Source of the DNA: Chlamydiales bacterium
GTDB lineage: Bacteria; Chlamydiota; Chlamydiia; Chlamydiales; JBDQID01
Length of the DNA stretch: 54,138 nt
Direction of reading: 5' to 3'
Assembly: GCA_047611865.1 (NCBI GenBank)
Contig: JBLFWS010000003.1
Location: 1 to 54,138 of the forward strand
Shown here: positions 32,237 through 42,857 of the stretch, one piece after another
Layout: each line of letters opens with the position of its first letter
How positions within the stretch are numbered: position 1 is the stretch's first letter
Made by a program: the position numbers and the translations under genes
Notes under the pieces: generated by a model
What the model was told of the DNA's origin: nothing
The model's database searches: none
What the model saw: only the letters and a program-made list of their open reading frames with translations

Positions 32237-33987
32237 TGCAAAAACTGAATCAACTTTGGTCTGAACTTATCATAGAAGAGCTTATTCGCTGTGGGGTAGG
32301 TATCTTTGTCCTGTCTCCTGGTTCGAGATGCTCACCCTTAACGGCCGCAGTAGCCTCCAACAGCCAGGCTAAGAGTATCATGCACTATGATGAGCGAGGA
32401 GCAGCCTTTTTTGCGTTGGGTTACGCCAGAGCGACTATGAAACCAGCTGTCTTAATATGCACTTCAGGGTCAGCTGTTGCTAATTACTTTCCAGCTGTCA
32501 CGGAGGCTTCTCAAGACAATATCCCACTATTTGTATTGAGTGCTGATCGCCCCCCGGAATTACTTGGATGCGGAGCAAATCAGGCAATAAAACAAGAAAG
32601 GATTTTTGGGGAGTATTCCAGAGCTTTCTTTCAAATACCCTGTCCTGATGCTAATATCGCCCCAGAATTTGTTCTGACGACCATTGACCAAGCTTACTAT
32701 CGTTCTATTAGAGGTCCTAGAGGTCCCGTACACGTGAACTGCAATTTTCGGGAACCTCTTGAGCCTCTTTTTGATTACAGCATGTGGAAAGAGACTCCTC
32801 CTTCACTCTCGACATGGAGAGACAGGCTAAGCCCTTATACTACCTATTTTCACCCGGTCCTAAAGCCTTCTCATTTTTCTTTAGAGTTCTTGCACTCAGA
32901 ACTTAATAGATCTCAAAAAGGGCTTATAGTTGTAGGGAAGCTGGATAAAAAAGAAGATCAGCAAGCTGTACGAAAGCTTGCCTCATCCTTATGCTGGCCT
33001 GTATTTTCTGATCTTACATCAGGGCTTCGTTTTGCCAAGGACTTTCTTGAAAGCATTCCTTTTTACGATCAGGCATTATTAGGCATTGAGGGTTTTCCTG
33101 AACCTGACTTTGTATTGCATATTGGGGGACAGTCGGTTTCTAAGCGTTTAGCACAATTTTTGAAGAAGCTGAAAATGGGAAAAGTCGTGAGGGTGGTAGA
33201 TCACCCTTTTAGAATTGATCCAGACCACATTCTTACACATCGTATCGAAGCGGACATATCAGAGTTCTGTAACGAGCTTCTCTTGCATTGTGAACCTCGT
33301 CCTAGTGAAATTTTGGAAGACCTGAAAAACCTATCTGCTCTTATTGAATCTGTCTTGGAAGAAGAAGGACAAGAATCCTTACATGAAGTTGCTGTAGCAC
33401 GTCTTATCGCGCAAAATATTTCAGATGGTGCGGGACTTTTCTTGGCAAGCAGTCTCTCCATCCGACATATGGATATGTTTGCCTCATGCTCCAGAGAAAT
33501 CGAAATAGCAGCAAATAGAGGCTGTAGTGGGATTGATGGAACAATAGCGTCCGCAGCAGGATTTGCCCGTGCTTTGGGCAATCCTGTAACTTTGCTGATA
33601 GGGGATTTGGCCTGTTTACATGATCTCAATTCATTGGTTTTATTACGGAACTCCCCATTCCCCGTTACAGTTGTCGTTGTGAATAATGATGGGGGAGGAA
33701 TCTTTTCTTTTCTTCCCATAGCAAAATGCGAAAATATTTTCGAAGAGTTTTTTGAAACTCCTCATGAGCTTAGTTTTCTTCATGCAGCAAAAATGTTTGA
33801 CTTGGGCTATCTGCATGCTAAGAATTGTGATTCTTTTGCCGAAGGGTATCGGAATGCAATAAGCTCTGGGAAGTCGAGTGTTATTGAAGTTTTCAGTGAG
33901 TGTAGAGGAAACAGAGAGACGCACAGAGACTTACAGGAGAAAATTAAAGAAGCTCTTCAATTGAAATTACTACAAAAAGGTGCTTAA
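32236..33987 (+). CDS. menD: SEPHCHC synthase
   Basis: [51 protein letters not shown] and NNDGGGIF. Confidence 0.96.
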
Positions 33988-34810
33988 AGTGAGCAATTTT
34001 AACTGGATAAAAGTTTCTGACTATACAGATATCAAACATGAAAAGTTCGAAGGGATCTCTAAAATAACGATCAATAGACCACAGGTGCGTAATGCTTTTC
34101 GACCCCAGACAGTAGAGGAGTTGAAGCAGGCTTTCGAAGTTAGTCGCAATGATCCTGATGTGGGCGTTATTGTTCTTACCGGAGAAGGAAAAGATGCCTT
34201 CTGTTCAGGGGGCGACCAGAAAATTCGTGGGGATGCTGGTTATAAAGATGAAGCTGGTGTTAATCGATTAAATGTCCTGGAGCTTCAGCGTCTCATTCGT
34301 ACGAGTCCTAAACCTGTTGTAGCGAGTATCGCAGGCTATGCTATTGGTGGTGGACATATTTTACATCTTATCTGTGACTTGTCGATAGCCGCTGATAACG
34401 CAATATTTGGACAGACAGGCCCAAAAGTTGGATCTTTTGATGGTGGATTTGGTTCAGGCTATCTTGCTCGTATCGTCGGACAGAAAAAAGCTCGCGAAAT
34501 CTGGTTCCTTTGTCGGCAGTACTCAGCACAAGAGGCTTTGGACATGGGTATGGTTAATATCGTTGTTCCTTATGATCAACTAGAACAGGTCACTGTGCAA
34601 TGGTGCCGCGAGATCCTTCAGCATTCACCTTTGGCATTGCGATGTTTGAAATCAGCTTTCAATGCAGATTGTGATGGGCAAGCGGGTATTCAAGAGCTGG
34701 CGGGTAATGCAACTCTCCTCTACTATATGACAGAGGAAGCACAGGAGGGTAGGAACTCTTTCGTCGAGAAGCGTAAACCCGATTTCTCTAAATTTACGAG
34801 AGTACCGTAG
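33980..34810 (+). CDS. menB: 1,4-dihydroxy-2-naphthoyl-CoA synthase
   Basis: [28 protein letters not shown] and [12 protein letters not shown]. Confidence 0.98.
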   Translation: MLKVSNFNWIKVSDYTDIKHEKFEGISKITINRPQVRNAFRPQTVEELKQAFEVSRNDPDVGVIVLTGEGKDAFCSGGDQKIRGDAGYKDEAGVNRLNVLELQRLIRTSPKPVVASIAGYAIGGGHILHLICDLSIAADNAIFGQTGPKVGSFDGGFGSGYLARIVGQKKAREIWFLCRQYSAQEALDMGMVNIVVPYDQLEQVTVQWCREILQHSPLALRCLKSAFNADCDGQAGIQELAGNATLLYYMTEEAQEGRNSFVEKRKPDFSKFTRVP

Positions 34811-34846
34811 GTTCTTGAGACTATAATGCTTCACATGCTTAGGGCA

Positions 34847-34973
34847 TTTTCTCTTAATAGCTTTGTGCTTTAGAACGGTGCATGCTGGCCACGGTAGTGG
34901 CCTTTTCTCCTAATAGCCCCGTGCTTTAGCGCGGGGAATGGGTATCTACCATTCCGTGCCGCGGTAGCGGCAC
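34847..34973. repeat. Tandem doublet of REP-like hairpin units
   Basis: Two units share TTTTCTC(T/C)TAATAGC...GTGCTTTAG. Hairpins are GGCCAC-GGTA-GTGGCC, CCCCGTGC-TTTA-GCGCGGGG and GTGCCGC-GGTA-GCGGCAC. Confidence 0.75.
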
Positions 34974-34995
34974 CTCTCTACAGAAGACAACAGCT

Positions 34996-36426
34996 ATGAG
35001 TAACACCACCAAAATAATTCCAGACCCACTCATAGAAGCTGCGCAAAGTAGACCGAATGCCTGTGGCCTCATAAGTCCGATGGAGACCCTGTCTTTTTCA
35101 CAATACAACAATCGAGTTTGGGCTTGTGTAAACAGTCTGCAGCGGAAGGGAGTGAGATCTGGCGATCGTGTGGGCATTTTACTGAACCCATCCCATGAAA
35201 TGATTATTCTTTTTATGGCCCTTTTCCGAATGGGGGCTGCAGCATGCCCTCTTAATATGAGAATACCGACTCAAGAGATGTCGAGGCAATTACAGGAGAT
35301 ATCTTGTCGCTTTGTAATCGCAGACTTTGATGGTGACTTGAGGATTCCTGTGATTTCTCCTGAAGAATGTTTTCGAGAAAACGATCAAGAATTCCCTGAA
35401 AAAGTGATGATAGATTTAGCACAAGAGGCGACAGTATTATTTACTTCTGGCAGCTCAGGCAGTCCAAAAGCTGCGAAACATTCCTATGGGAATCACTACT
35501 ACAGCGCCATTGGTTCTAATGCTAACATTCCCTTATCCCATAATGATCGCTGGGTTTTGTCCCTTCCCTTATATCATGTAGGAGGCTTGGCGATACTGAT
35601 GCGTTGTCTTATTGCACAGTCAGCTGTTGTCATTCCTGATATGAATGATAAAAACTTTCTTGCGGCCATTGAGGTTTTTCATCCATCGCACATATCGCTT
35701 GTGAGTACTCAGCTGAGGCGTCTGTTGCAAGAGAACTTGTCAGTTTCAAAATGTATTCTCTTGGGAGGAAGTGCTATACCTGAAGGCTTGATTAGTGAAG
35801 CTTATGCTAGAGATTGGCCTCTCTATAAGAGCTATGGCATGACAGAAATGAGTTCTCAGATTACGACAACTCCTCCAGGGGCTGAATTAAGGCAGTTGTT
35901 TTCTTCGGGAAAGCTTTTAGCTCATCGAGAGATTCGGGTTTCCGATGAAGGAGAAGTTCTTGTTAAAGGGGACAGTCTTTTTCAAGGCTACGTGGGCCAT
36001 GACAACTTAGATGATTCAGAGTACTATACTGGTGATCTTGGTTTTTTTGATGATGAAGGTTATCTCCATATTATCGGAAGAAAAGATAACCTTTTTATTT
36101 CAGGTGGAGAGAATATTCAGCCTGAAGAAATTGAAAGCGTTCTGCAGAATCTGGACGGTGTGCAGCGTGCTCTGGTCGTTCCAATAAAGGATGAAGAATA
36201 CGGTTTCAGGCCTATTGCTTTTATCGATGGGACAGATTGGAAGAAGGAATTATTGAGGGCAGGTCTTGAAGAGCTTCTTCCTCGATATAAAATCCCTGTG
36301 GAATTTTACCCTTGGCCAATGACAAGAGACGAAGATTCATTGAAAGTTCAAAGGAAGGAATTTCATTCCTTGGTGAATCAGAGGGCTGTTATGGAGGAAG
36401 GCTCATTTCTGAGCCCGACCTTGTAG
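34996..36426 (+). CDS. menE: o-succinylbenzoate-CoA ligase
   Basis: FTSGSSGSPK, LPLYHVGG, SYGMTE, TGDLG and GRKDNLFISGGENIQPEEIE. Confidence 0.93.
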   Translation: MSNTTKIIPDPLIEAAQSRPNACGLISPMETLSFSQYNNRVWACVNSLQRKGVRSGDRVGILLNPSHEMIILFMALFRMGAAACPLNMRIPTQEMSRQLQEISCRFVIADFDGDLRIPVISPEECFRENDQEFPEKVMIDLAQEATVLFTSGSSGSPKAAKHSYGNHYYSAIGSNANIPLSHNDRWVLSLPLYHVGGLAILMRCLIAQSAVVIPDMNDKNFLAAIEVFHPSHISLVSTQLRRLLQENLSVSKCILLGGSAIPEGLISEAYARDWPLYKSYGMTEMSSQITTTPPGAELRQLFSSGKLLAHREIRVSDEGEVLVKGDSLFQGYVGHDNLDDSEYYTGDLGFFDDEGYLHIIGRKDNLFISGGENIQPEEIESVLQNLDGVQRALVVPIKDEEYGFRPIAFIDGTDWKKELLRAGLEELLPRYKIPVEFYPWPMTRDEDSLKVQRKEFHSLVNQRAVMEEGSFLSPTL

Positions 36427-36468
36427 AATAAGAGGGATAATCCTCAAGAGGTGAATGTCGAGAAAAAT

Positions 36469-36762
36469 CTAGCTGAGTGTATTTTCGGCAGCCTGTGTGA
36501 GATAACCCTCTTTAATCATTTTCACCATAGCCTCTATTATAGCTTCGCTTTCCTCTTCGGTGTCTTCATCTTCACCAATAGCTAAACCTAGAAACATCCC
36601 TACAGCTCCAAGTAAAGTTTGTAAGTCAAGATCGTCACCCTCGCCATCTGCAAAGACGGAAGTATAGAGTTTATCTCTTAGACTTAGTACTTCAATAGCT
36701 GAAGCAATTTGTTCTTTAGTGGGGTCAAATTCGTTATCCACAGTTTTTCCCTCTTTTTCCAT
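36469..36762 (-). CDS. Small acidic hypothetical protein (97 aa)
   Basis: Stand-alone ORF with protein-like composition and one hydrophobic stretch. Confidence 0.6.
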   Translation of the reverse strand: MEKEGKTVDNEFDPTKEQIASAIEVLSLRDKLYTSVFADGEGDDLDLQTLLGAVGMFLGLAIGEDEDTEEESEAIIEAMVKMIKEGYLTQAAENTLS

Positions 36763-36984
36763 TATGTAATCCCATCGTTTGTTAAGTGGTAATTCTTATA
36801 TTTTATATTAACTTGTAATTATTTTCATCATTTTAGTAACAGTTAATGGCGAATTATGAGGCATTTCTTTCAGGGTGAAGATCTTGAAAGGAGCTAATTA
36901 CGAGGCCGTATTTAAGCTGTTTTGTATGATAAGTGCCTAACACAGGCAGAAGTCTTTCTGAATGTGTCTATTGGAGTAATAAAT

Positions 36985-38523
36985 TTAGCTAGCTTCACGA
37001 GAGTCAGCTATTTCATCGTCAACTGTAAAGATTTCTGGAGATTCAACCATGTTTACGCTTTGTCTCTTTTTACTGTTTTGAGCAAGAGCGATAGAAACCA
37101 AACAAGCAATGGCAAGCCATCCCCAGCGAACGAGGCAGGGGGTATCAATACCGGACTGTACCTCAGTTACTAAGGAGCCAATTAAAATGGTCGTGAGGAT
37201 AAGAGGAACGATGGAGATAATGCTATAAAATGCCCATGTGCGTTTATCATTATGGAACCAGATTTTGTGGTCGCGAATCAATTTTGTGGTGTACATGAAG
37301 ATAGCGATCTCAGCAATCCCCCCAATTAACATATTGTTACCCAGTACCATGGGTTCCAAGGCTCCAATCAGGTGAGTGGAGTTGCCCATGCAAAAAATTG
37401 CAGAGAAAAGAGCTATGACTGAAGTGGCAATACCCACGGCTGCTTTTCTACTTTGTGCAAACTCTACCTGAATATTTCCGGCAATACTCTCAACAATGGA
37501 GAAAACACCTGTTATTCCTGCAATGAAGACACTGAAGAAAAACAAAGTTCCTATAACCATGGCAGCTACAGGACTGAAGCATTTAAGGACCATTGGGAAG
37601 ATTACGAAGCCCATCTCGAAGGTAGAGTCAGATGTAACGATCTCTGTGAATGGGATGCCACTACAGTGGCTCATAAAGCCTACACAACCGAAGATGGTGA
37701 GTCCTGCGATAAAGGAGATGAAAAAGTCTCCCAAAGCAACGCAAATCATGGCGCGGGGAATATTGATAGATTGGTTGGTATATCTAGAGTAACCCACTAC
37801 AATTCCAAGGCCTAAAGAGAAGCTAAAGAACACATGGCCAAATACTTCTCTCCACAGGGTGAAATCGGCAAGCTTGGAAAAGTCAGGCTGCAAGAAATAG
37901 GAAAAGCCGATAGAGGCTCCGGGAAGAAAGCATACGGAAATTGCGAAAATCGAAATCAAAAAGGCGAGAGCAGGCATAAAAATGGAGCAGACGGTCTCAA
38001 TTCCTTCTTGAATATTTCTAACAAGGATAAACCAGGTAAGAGTGGTAATTGCTGCAGTAACGATGAAAATAAGGGGTGAAAAGCTGCCAAAATCTGTTAG
38101 GCCAGAAGATACCTTAAGAAAGTCGTTAAGAAAGAAGGAGGCGGAATCTTGTGGGATCATGTCCATAGCGGCAAAACCGGTGTAGGCGAGAGACCAGCCG
38201 GTGAGGACTGTATAAAAGGCACCGATTGTAGCGCAGGCGATGACGGACAGCCAGCCAAAGAACTTTCCAATTTTACCAGCAGCTTTACCGTAGGCAGAAA
38301 CAACGGGTAATGTGAACCTTTGCCCCACAATACCTTCTAAATAAAGCATAGGAAGACCCACAACAGCCATGGCAACAATAAAAGGTATTAGGAATGCTCC
38401 ACCACCATTTTTATAACAACGAGCGCTAAAACTCAATATGTTGGCAAAGCCAATCGCGGAGCCCATCATTGAGAAAATGTAGCCGTAGTGGCTGAATTGA
38501 CTATTATTACTTTTTTTATCCAT
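36985..38523 (-). CDS. Sodium-dependent amino-acid transporter, NSS/SNF (LeuT/TnaT-like) family
   Basis: GSAIGFAN...GGGAFLIPF, FFSFSLGLG, FVIFP and FIAGITG; about 11-12 hydrophobic segments. Confidence 0.9.
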   Translation of the reverse strand: MDKKSNNSQFSHYGYIFSMMGSAIGFANILSFSARCYKNGGGAFLIPFIVAMAVVGLPMLYLEGIVGQRFTLPVVSAYGKAAGKIGKFFGWLSVIACATIGAFYTVLTGWSLAYTGFAAMDMIPQDSASFFLNDFLKVSSGLTDFGSFSPLIFIVTAAITTLTWFILVRNIQEGIETVCSIFMPALAFLISIFAISVCFLPGASIGFSYFLQPDFSKLADFTLWREVFGHVFFSFSLGLGIVVGYSRYTNQSINIPRAMICVALGDFFISFIAGLTIFGCVGFMSHCSGIPFTEIVTSDSTFEMGFVIFPMVLKCFSPVAAMVIGTLFFFSVFIAGITGVFSIVESIAGNIQVEFAQSRKAAVGIATSVIALFSAIFCMGNSTHLIGALEPMVLGNNMLIGGIAEIAIFMYTTKLIRDHKIWFHNDKRTWAFYSIISIVPLILTTILIGSLVTEVQSGIDTPCLVRWGWLAIACLVSIALAQNSKKRQSVNMVESPEIFTVDDEIADSREAS

Positions 38524-38657
38524 GAGACTGCTTCCTTAATATTTTTTGCCCATTCTTTGGCGTACTGAGTTTTATCGGGGCCCTGGCCATGACTTGTTTC
38601 AGGTCTGGCATTTATAAAATAATTACTAGGTGTGAGAGGAGGGGATATGTGACTGCC

Positions 38658-38759
38658 CTATGGCAGTAGTAGTCGTAGAGAAATAGATAATAGGCTAGAG
38701 GAGCAAGGTGTAGAATCCTTGACTGAAAGAAATGAGTGCTTGCCTATTACTGTATTCAT
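38658..38759 (-). CDS. Putative 33-aa leader peptide MNTVIGKHSFLSVKDSTPCSSSLLSISLRLLLP
   Basis: AGGT RBS. The last 11 codons are CTA TTA TCT ATT TCT CTA CGA CTA CTA CTG CCA, then TAG. The stop lies in a hairpin loop 134 nt upstream of the NSS gene. Confidence 0.55.
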   Translation of the reverse strand: MNTVIGKHSFLSVKDSTPCSSSLLSISLRLLLP

Positions 38760-38887
38760 ACTTACCTAGATGGGTAATTGTATTTATAAGTATCTATTTT
38801 TCTGTGGAATACATCCACAAAATAACCATTATGCCACAGTCGCAATTCGGGGTCAAATGCTAAAACCAATAAAATTATTTGACACCA

Positions 38888-38917
38888 AATGCTGTACTGA
38901 TGTATCAGTACAGCATT
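38888..38917. promoter_or_regulatory. TrpR operator overlapping the trp promoter
   Basis: Perfect 14-bp inverted repeat AATGCTGTACTGAT-GT-ATCAGTACAGCATT, with core GTACT-N8-AGTAC matching TrpR operator geometry. TTGACA lies at 38879-38884. Confidence 0.85.
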
Positions 38918-38941
38918 ACAAGTTACTCAGGGAGGGAGTGG

Positions 38942-39247
38942 ATGAAAAGAGAAGATTCAGATAAGGGGGAAGGTGGTTGGCCAGGTCTTGTACGCGCCTT
39001 CACTGAAGCGGAAGACCAAGAGAGAACTGAGGAACTAATGAATTTATTTTTTACAATCAGCGAGAGAGAGGGGCTCATTCAGCGTTATAACTTGGTCAAA
39101 GCACTGTTGGAAGAGAAAAGAACCCAGAGAGAAATATCGCAGGATCTCGGAATCAGTATTAGCAAAATTACAGCAGGATCTAACGCTTTGAAGGTGATTT
39201 CCGGGAAGTTGAAGGAATACTTAACTGATAAAATGAGAGTTAATTGA
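38942..39247 (+). CDS. trpR: Trp operon repressor
   Basis: LFFTISERE...R..LV..LL...TQREISQDLGISISKITAGSNALK. ATG 38942 follows a GGAGGGAG RBS; the track's start at 38879 runs through the operator. Confidence 0.93.
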   Translation: MKREDSDKGEGGWPGLVRAFTEAEDQERTEELMNLFFTISEREGLIQRYNLVKALLEEKRTQREISQDLGISISKITAGSNALKVISGKLKEYLTDKMRVN

Positions 39248-39251
39248 AACG

Positions 39252-40274
39252 ATGTTAGACAAAAGTATAGAAAAGTTAATTCGTAGAAAAACTTTAAGCA
39301 GTTTGGAGGCAAGTCTTTCTTTGGAAGAAATTCTGGAAACAGCTGATCCTGTTAAGGCGGCAGCTTTTCTTGTTTTGCTTCGTTCCAAGGGGGAAAAAGC
39401 TTGTGAAGTAGAGGGTATCGTACGGACGATGCAGAAGCATATGCTTAAAATTACTCCTAAACGTGATGTATTGGATATCGTAGGCACTGGGGGCGATGGA
39501 GCGTCTACTGTTAATATCTCAACGGGAGCCGCGATTTTGGGAGCCGCCTGTGGGGTGCCAATAGCTAAACATGGTAACAGATCAGTATCGAGTAAGTGTG
39601 GATCAGGGGATATCCTGGAGTCTTTGGGTGTGGAAATCAATATGATTCCAGAATTGATCGAAAAGTGTATTGAAGAGGTGGGGATCGCATTTTTGTTTGC
39701 CCCGAACTATCACCCAGCGATGAAAGTTGTTGGGCCTATAAGAAAAAGTTTAGGGATACGAACCGTTTTTAATATGCTGGGACCTTTACTTAATCCCTGT
39801 CAGGCTCCGTATTTAATGATAGGAGTGTGGGATGAATCTCTAGTTAGTCTACTTGCAGATGTGCTTTCTAGATTGAATGTTAAAAGAGCTCTTGTATTTC
39901 ATGGGTGTGGCCTAGATGAGTTGTCCCCAATAGGGCCAGCGAGCGCCATACTGGTGGAGGGGGAGTCTATGCAGGAGATGCACATTGATCCTGAGAGTTT
40001 GGGGGTATCACCTTGCACCCTTGAGGACTTGCAAGGAGGAGATCCCAGTAAAAACCGTAGCCTTCTGTTGAGTGTTTTTGAAGGGAAAAGAGGAGCTATT
40101 GCCGATGCCTTAATTTTAAATGCTGGTGTGGGCTTATGGGTCTATGGTCAAGCGGAATCAATTGAAGCAGGCTTACAATTGGCTAGGCAAAAGTTAGAAG
40201 ACGGAACAGCCTTGGGTGTATTGCAAAAATGGGTGAAGTTCTCTCAAAGAGGGGAGCTCTGTCATGTTTCATGA
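39252..40274 (+). CDS. trpD: Anthranilate phosphoribosyltransferase
   Basis: DIVGTGGDG, NISTG, KHGNRSVSSKCGS, RTVFNMLGPL and GLDE. Confidence 0.97.
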   Translation: MLDKSIEKLIRRKTLSSLEASLSLEEILETADPVKAAAFLVLLRSKGEKACEVEGIVRTMQKHMLKITPKRDVLDIVGTGGDGASTVNISTGAAILGAACGVPIAKHGNRSVSSKCGSGDILESLGVEINMIPELIEKCIEEVGIAFLFAPNYHPAMKVVGPIRKSLGIRTVFNMLGPLLNPCQAPYLMIGVWDESLVSLLADVLSRLNVKRALVFHGCGLDELSPIGPASAILVEGESMQEMHIDPESLGVSPCTLEDLQGGDPSKNRSLLLSVFEGKRGAIADALILNAGVGLWVYGQAESIEAGLQLARQKLEDGTALGVLQKWVKFSQRGELCHVS

Positions 40275-41037
40275 TGTGCTTAACAGGATCATAGAAAACA
40301 AGCATCTGGAAATTATTGAGCTGGAGAAAAGAGGACCCTTTGAGGTAAAGACGAAAACACCCACAGGCTTATTCCAGAAAAGTCTTGAGGCTGCTGGTCT
40401 GTCGGTGATTGCAGAAATAAAAAGAAGATCACCCTCTGCTGGAGTTATTGGAGAAATACTGAAGCCCTCACTTTTAGCAGAGAAATATCAAAAGGGAGAA
40501 GCATCTGCGATATCGGTATTAACTGATGCAAAAGCCTTTGGTGGGAGTTTAGAAGATTTGGAAGAGGTTGCCACCACTGTAGGGGAAAGGGGAATTCCTA
40601 TATTGCGGAAAGATTTTATCATTCATCCTTTGCAGTTGTCCGAATCGGCAGCGTCATCTGCCACAGCTGTTTTGTTAATCGTTGCGGTTTTAGGCAGGGA
40701 AACGCGGGGTATGCTAGAGCAGGCAAGGAATTTAGGACTGGAGGCTTTAGTCGAAGTTCATGATGGGCCTGAGTTAGAAATAGCTCTTGATGCGGGGGCT
40801 ACAGTGATAGGCGTCAACAGCCGAAACCTCAAAACTTTTGAAGTTTCTTTGGCTAATGCGGAACAAGTACTCAAAGAGATCCCAAAGGGTATTATAAAAG
40901 TGGCTGAGTCAGGAATTAAAAGTCTTGATGATGCCAAACGGATGAAGGATGCCGGCTGTGACGCAGTTCTGATTGGTGAAAGTCTGGTGCTTTCAGATGA
41001 TCCCACAGCCTTTATTCAATCAATACGTGGGCTTTGA
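40264..41037 (+). CDS. trpC: Indole-3-glycerol phosphate synthase
   Basis: IAEIKRRSPSAG, ISVLTD, LRKDFI, LVEVH, GVNSRNL and AESGI. Confidence 0.97.
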   Translation: MFHDVLNRIIENKHLEIIELEKRGPFEVKTKTPTGLFQKSLEAAGLSVIAEIKRRSPSAGVIGEILKPSLLAEKYQKGEASAISVLTDAKAFGGSLEDLEEVATTVGERGIPILRKDFIIHPLQLSESAASSATAVLLIVAVLGRETRGMLEQARNLGLEALVEVHDGPELEIALDAGATVIGVNSRNLKTFEVSLANAEQVLKEIPKGIIKVAESGIKSLDDAKRMKDAGCDAVLIGESLVLSDDPTAFIQSIRGL

Positions 41038-41038
41038 A

Positions 41039-41659
41039 ATGTTGATAAAAATTTGTGGGGTGACTTGTCCAGAGACTTCGAGATTTGCAGCAGAAGAAGG
41101 AGCCGACTATATCGGCATAATCTTATGGAATAAGTCAAAGAGGGCAGTGGAAAAATCTCAAGCTTTAGAAATTGTTGAAGCAGCAAAAAGTGCAGGTTCC
41201 AAAGCTGTGGCGGTTTTTGTAGAAGAGAGTGCAGAAGAAATGGTAGAGACTTGCAGATTTCTGGGAGTAGACATTGTGCAGTTGCACGGAAAACTCTCAA
41301 AAGCGGAAGCTTGCTTACTTCCCAAGAGCTTACAGCGGATTTTTGCTCTCGGTGTGGATGGCGGAGGACTGCTTGAACTTGATGAAAATCCGTATAGGGA
41401 AAGTGACTTAGTCCTTTTGGATAGTATTGGAGGAGGCACAGGGAAGACCTTTAATTGGGAGAGTTTGAGAAAACCTGTAGAATCTCCTTGGATATTAGCT
41501 GGAGGGCTGAACCTTAAGAATATTCAAAAGGCGATTGAGATTCTACAGCCCGATGGCGTAGATGTATCCACTGGAGTGGAAAATGGGACGAAGGGTGTTA
41601 AATGTCATGCCTTAATACGAAAGTTTATTGAGAAGGTTAATAATGCTTCAGTTAGATGA
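41039..41659 (+). CDS. trpF: Phosphoribosylanthranilate isomerase
   Basis: [24 protein letters not shown] and DVSTGVE. ATG 41039 lies just after the trpC stop. Confidence 0.96.
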   Translation: MLIKICGVTCPETSRFAAEEGADYIGIILWNKSKRAVEKSQALEIVEAAKSAGSKAVAVFVEESAEEMVETCRFLGVDIVQLHGKLSKAEACLLPKSLQRIFALGVDGGGLLELDENPYRESDLVLLDSIGGGTGKTFNWESLRKPVESPWILAGGLNLKNIQKAIEILQPDGVDVSTGVENGTKGVKCHALIRKFIEKVNNASVR

Positions 41660-42857
41660 GAAAAAAGAAAAGAAGATTGGACGTTATGGGGGTTACGGTG
41701 GAGCCTATATACCAGAGCTCTTAACAGCCCCTCTTGAAGAGCTAAGATTGAAGTGGGAGTCTTTAAAGAATAATGAAGCTTTTCTGAAGAGTTTTCACGA
41801 GAATTTACACAACTACGCAGGCAGACCCACAGCTTTGACGGAGGTTTTCCTTTTTTTTAAAGAACGTCCTGGGCCTCGAGTATTTTTGAAGCGAGAAGAT
41901 CTTCTGCATACGGGTGCCCATAAACTCAATAACGCTTTGGGTCAGTGCCTTTTGGCAAAGGAGCTGGGTAAGGAGAGGGTAATTGCCGAAACAGGAGCTG
42001 GACAGCACGGTGTAGCGACTGCGACGGCATGTGCACGTTTAGGTTTAGACTGTGTGGTGTACATGGGGGCAGAAGATATCCGCCGGCAAGAACCCAATGT
42101 CAAGAGGATGAAGCTGCTTGGAGCAGAGGTTAACTCAGTAGATACAGGTTCTGCGACATTAAAGGATGCTATTAATCAGGCTATGCGAGACTGGGCCTTT
42201 AATTATGAAAGCTCTCATTATTGTCTGGGCTCTGCATTAGGGCCGCACCCGTATCCTGAGATGGTAAGGGAGTTTCAGAAAGTCATAGGAATAGAAGCAA
42301 AAGAGCAGATAGAAAAAGCTTGCGGAAGAGGGCCTGATGTTGTTGTGGCCTGTGTTGGTGGAGGATCTAATGCTATAGGGATTTTCACAGCCTTTATTCA
42401 GGATACATCTGTGGAACTTGTTGGCGTTGAAGCTGGTGGTAGAGGCATTTCTATTGGGGAGCATGCAGCAAGATTTGCGACAGGGACTCCAGGAGTGCTA
42501 CACGGCAGCTATACTTATTTGCTCCAGGATGAAAATGGACAAGTACTACCTACACATTCTATTTCAGCAGGCTTGGATTATCCAGCAGTCGGACCAGAGC
42601 ATGTAGCCTTATATGAATCAGGCCGAGCGAAATACTCTTCTGTGACAGATAAAGAAGCGATAGAGGCTTTTCAGATGCTGTCGCGCACAGAAGGAATCAT
42701 ACCTGCTATGGAATCCAGCCATGCTATAGCCTATGTGCTCAAGTCTTGTGGAGGGATGGATAAGGATTCTGTGGTTCTTGTGAATTTGTCAGGAAGGGGT
42801 GATAAGGATCTCCCTGAGTTGTTTAGCTATCTGGAAAAAGAGGGGACAGGCGAATGA
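41643..42857 (+). CDS. trpB: Tryptophan synthase beta chain
   Basis: [38 protein letters not shown] and NLSGRGDKD. Confidence 0.98.
   Translation: MLQLDEKKEKKIGRYGGYGGAYIPELLTAPLEELRLKWESLKNNEAFLKSFHENLHNYAGRPTALTEVFLFFKERPGPRVFLKREDLLHTGAHKLNNALGQCLLAKELGKERVIAETGAGQHGVATATACARLGLDCVVYMGAEDIRRQEPNVKRMKLLGAEVNSVDTGSATLKDAINQAMRDWAFNYESSHYCLGSALGPHPYPEMVREFQKVIGIEAKEQIEKACGRGPDVVVACVGGGSNAIGIFTAFIQDTSVELVGVEAGGRGISIGEHAARFATGTPGVLHGSYTYLLQDENGQVLPTHSISAGLDYPAVGPEHVALYESGRAKYSSVTDKEAIEAFQMLSRTEGIIPAMESSHAIAYVLKSCGGMDKDSVVLVNLSGRGDKDLPELFSYLEKEGTGE

Noticed and set aside
34847-34973. Possible riboswitch or CRISPR array between menB and menE
   Set aside because: There are only two degenerate units, no unique spacers, no cas genes and no riboswitch core I recognise. 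It is kept as a REP-like repeat.
36734-38838. DnaA boxes: perfect TTATCCACA at 36734 and degenerate ones at 38803-38838
   Set aside because: There is one perfect box inside a CDS and only weak others. That is not enough for an origin.
38879-38941. Extended trpR N-terminus in the ORF track
   Set aside because: Its TTG is part of the -35 hexamer and the frame crosses the operator. ATG 38942 has a strong RBS.
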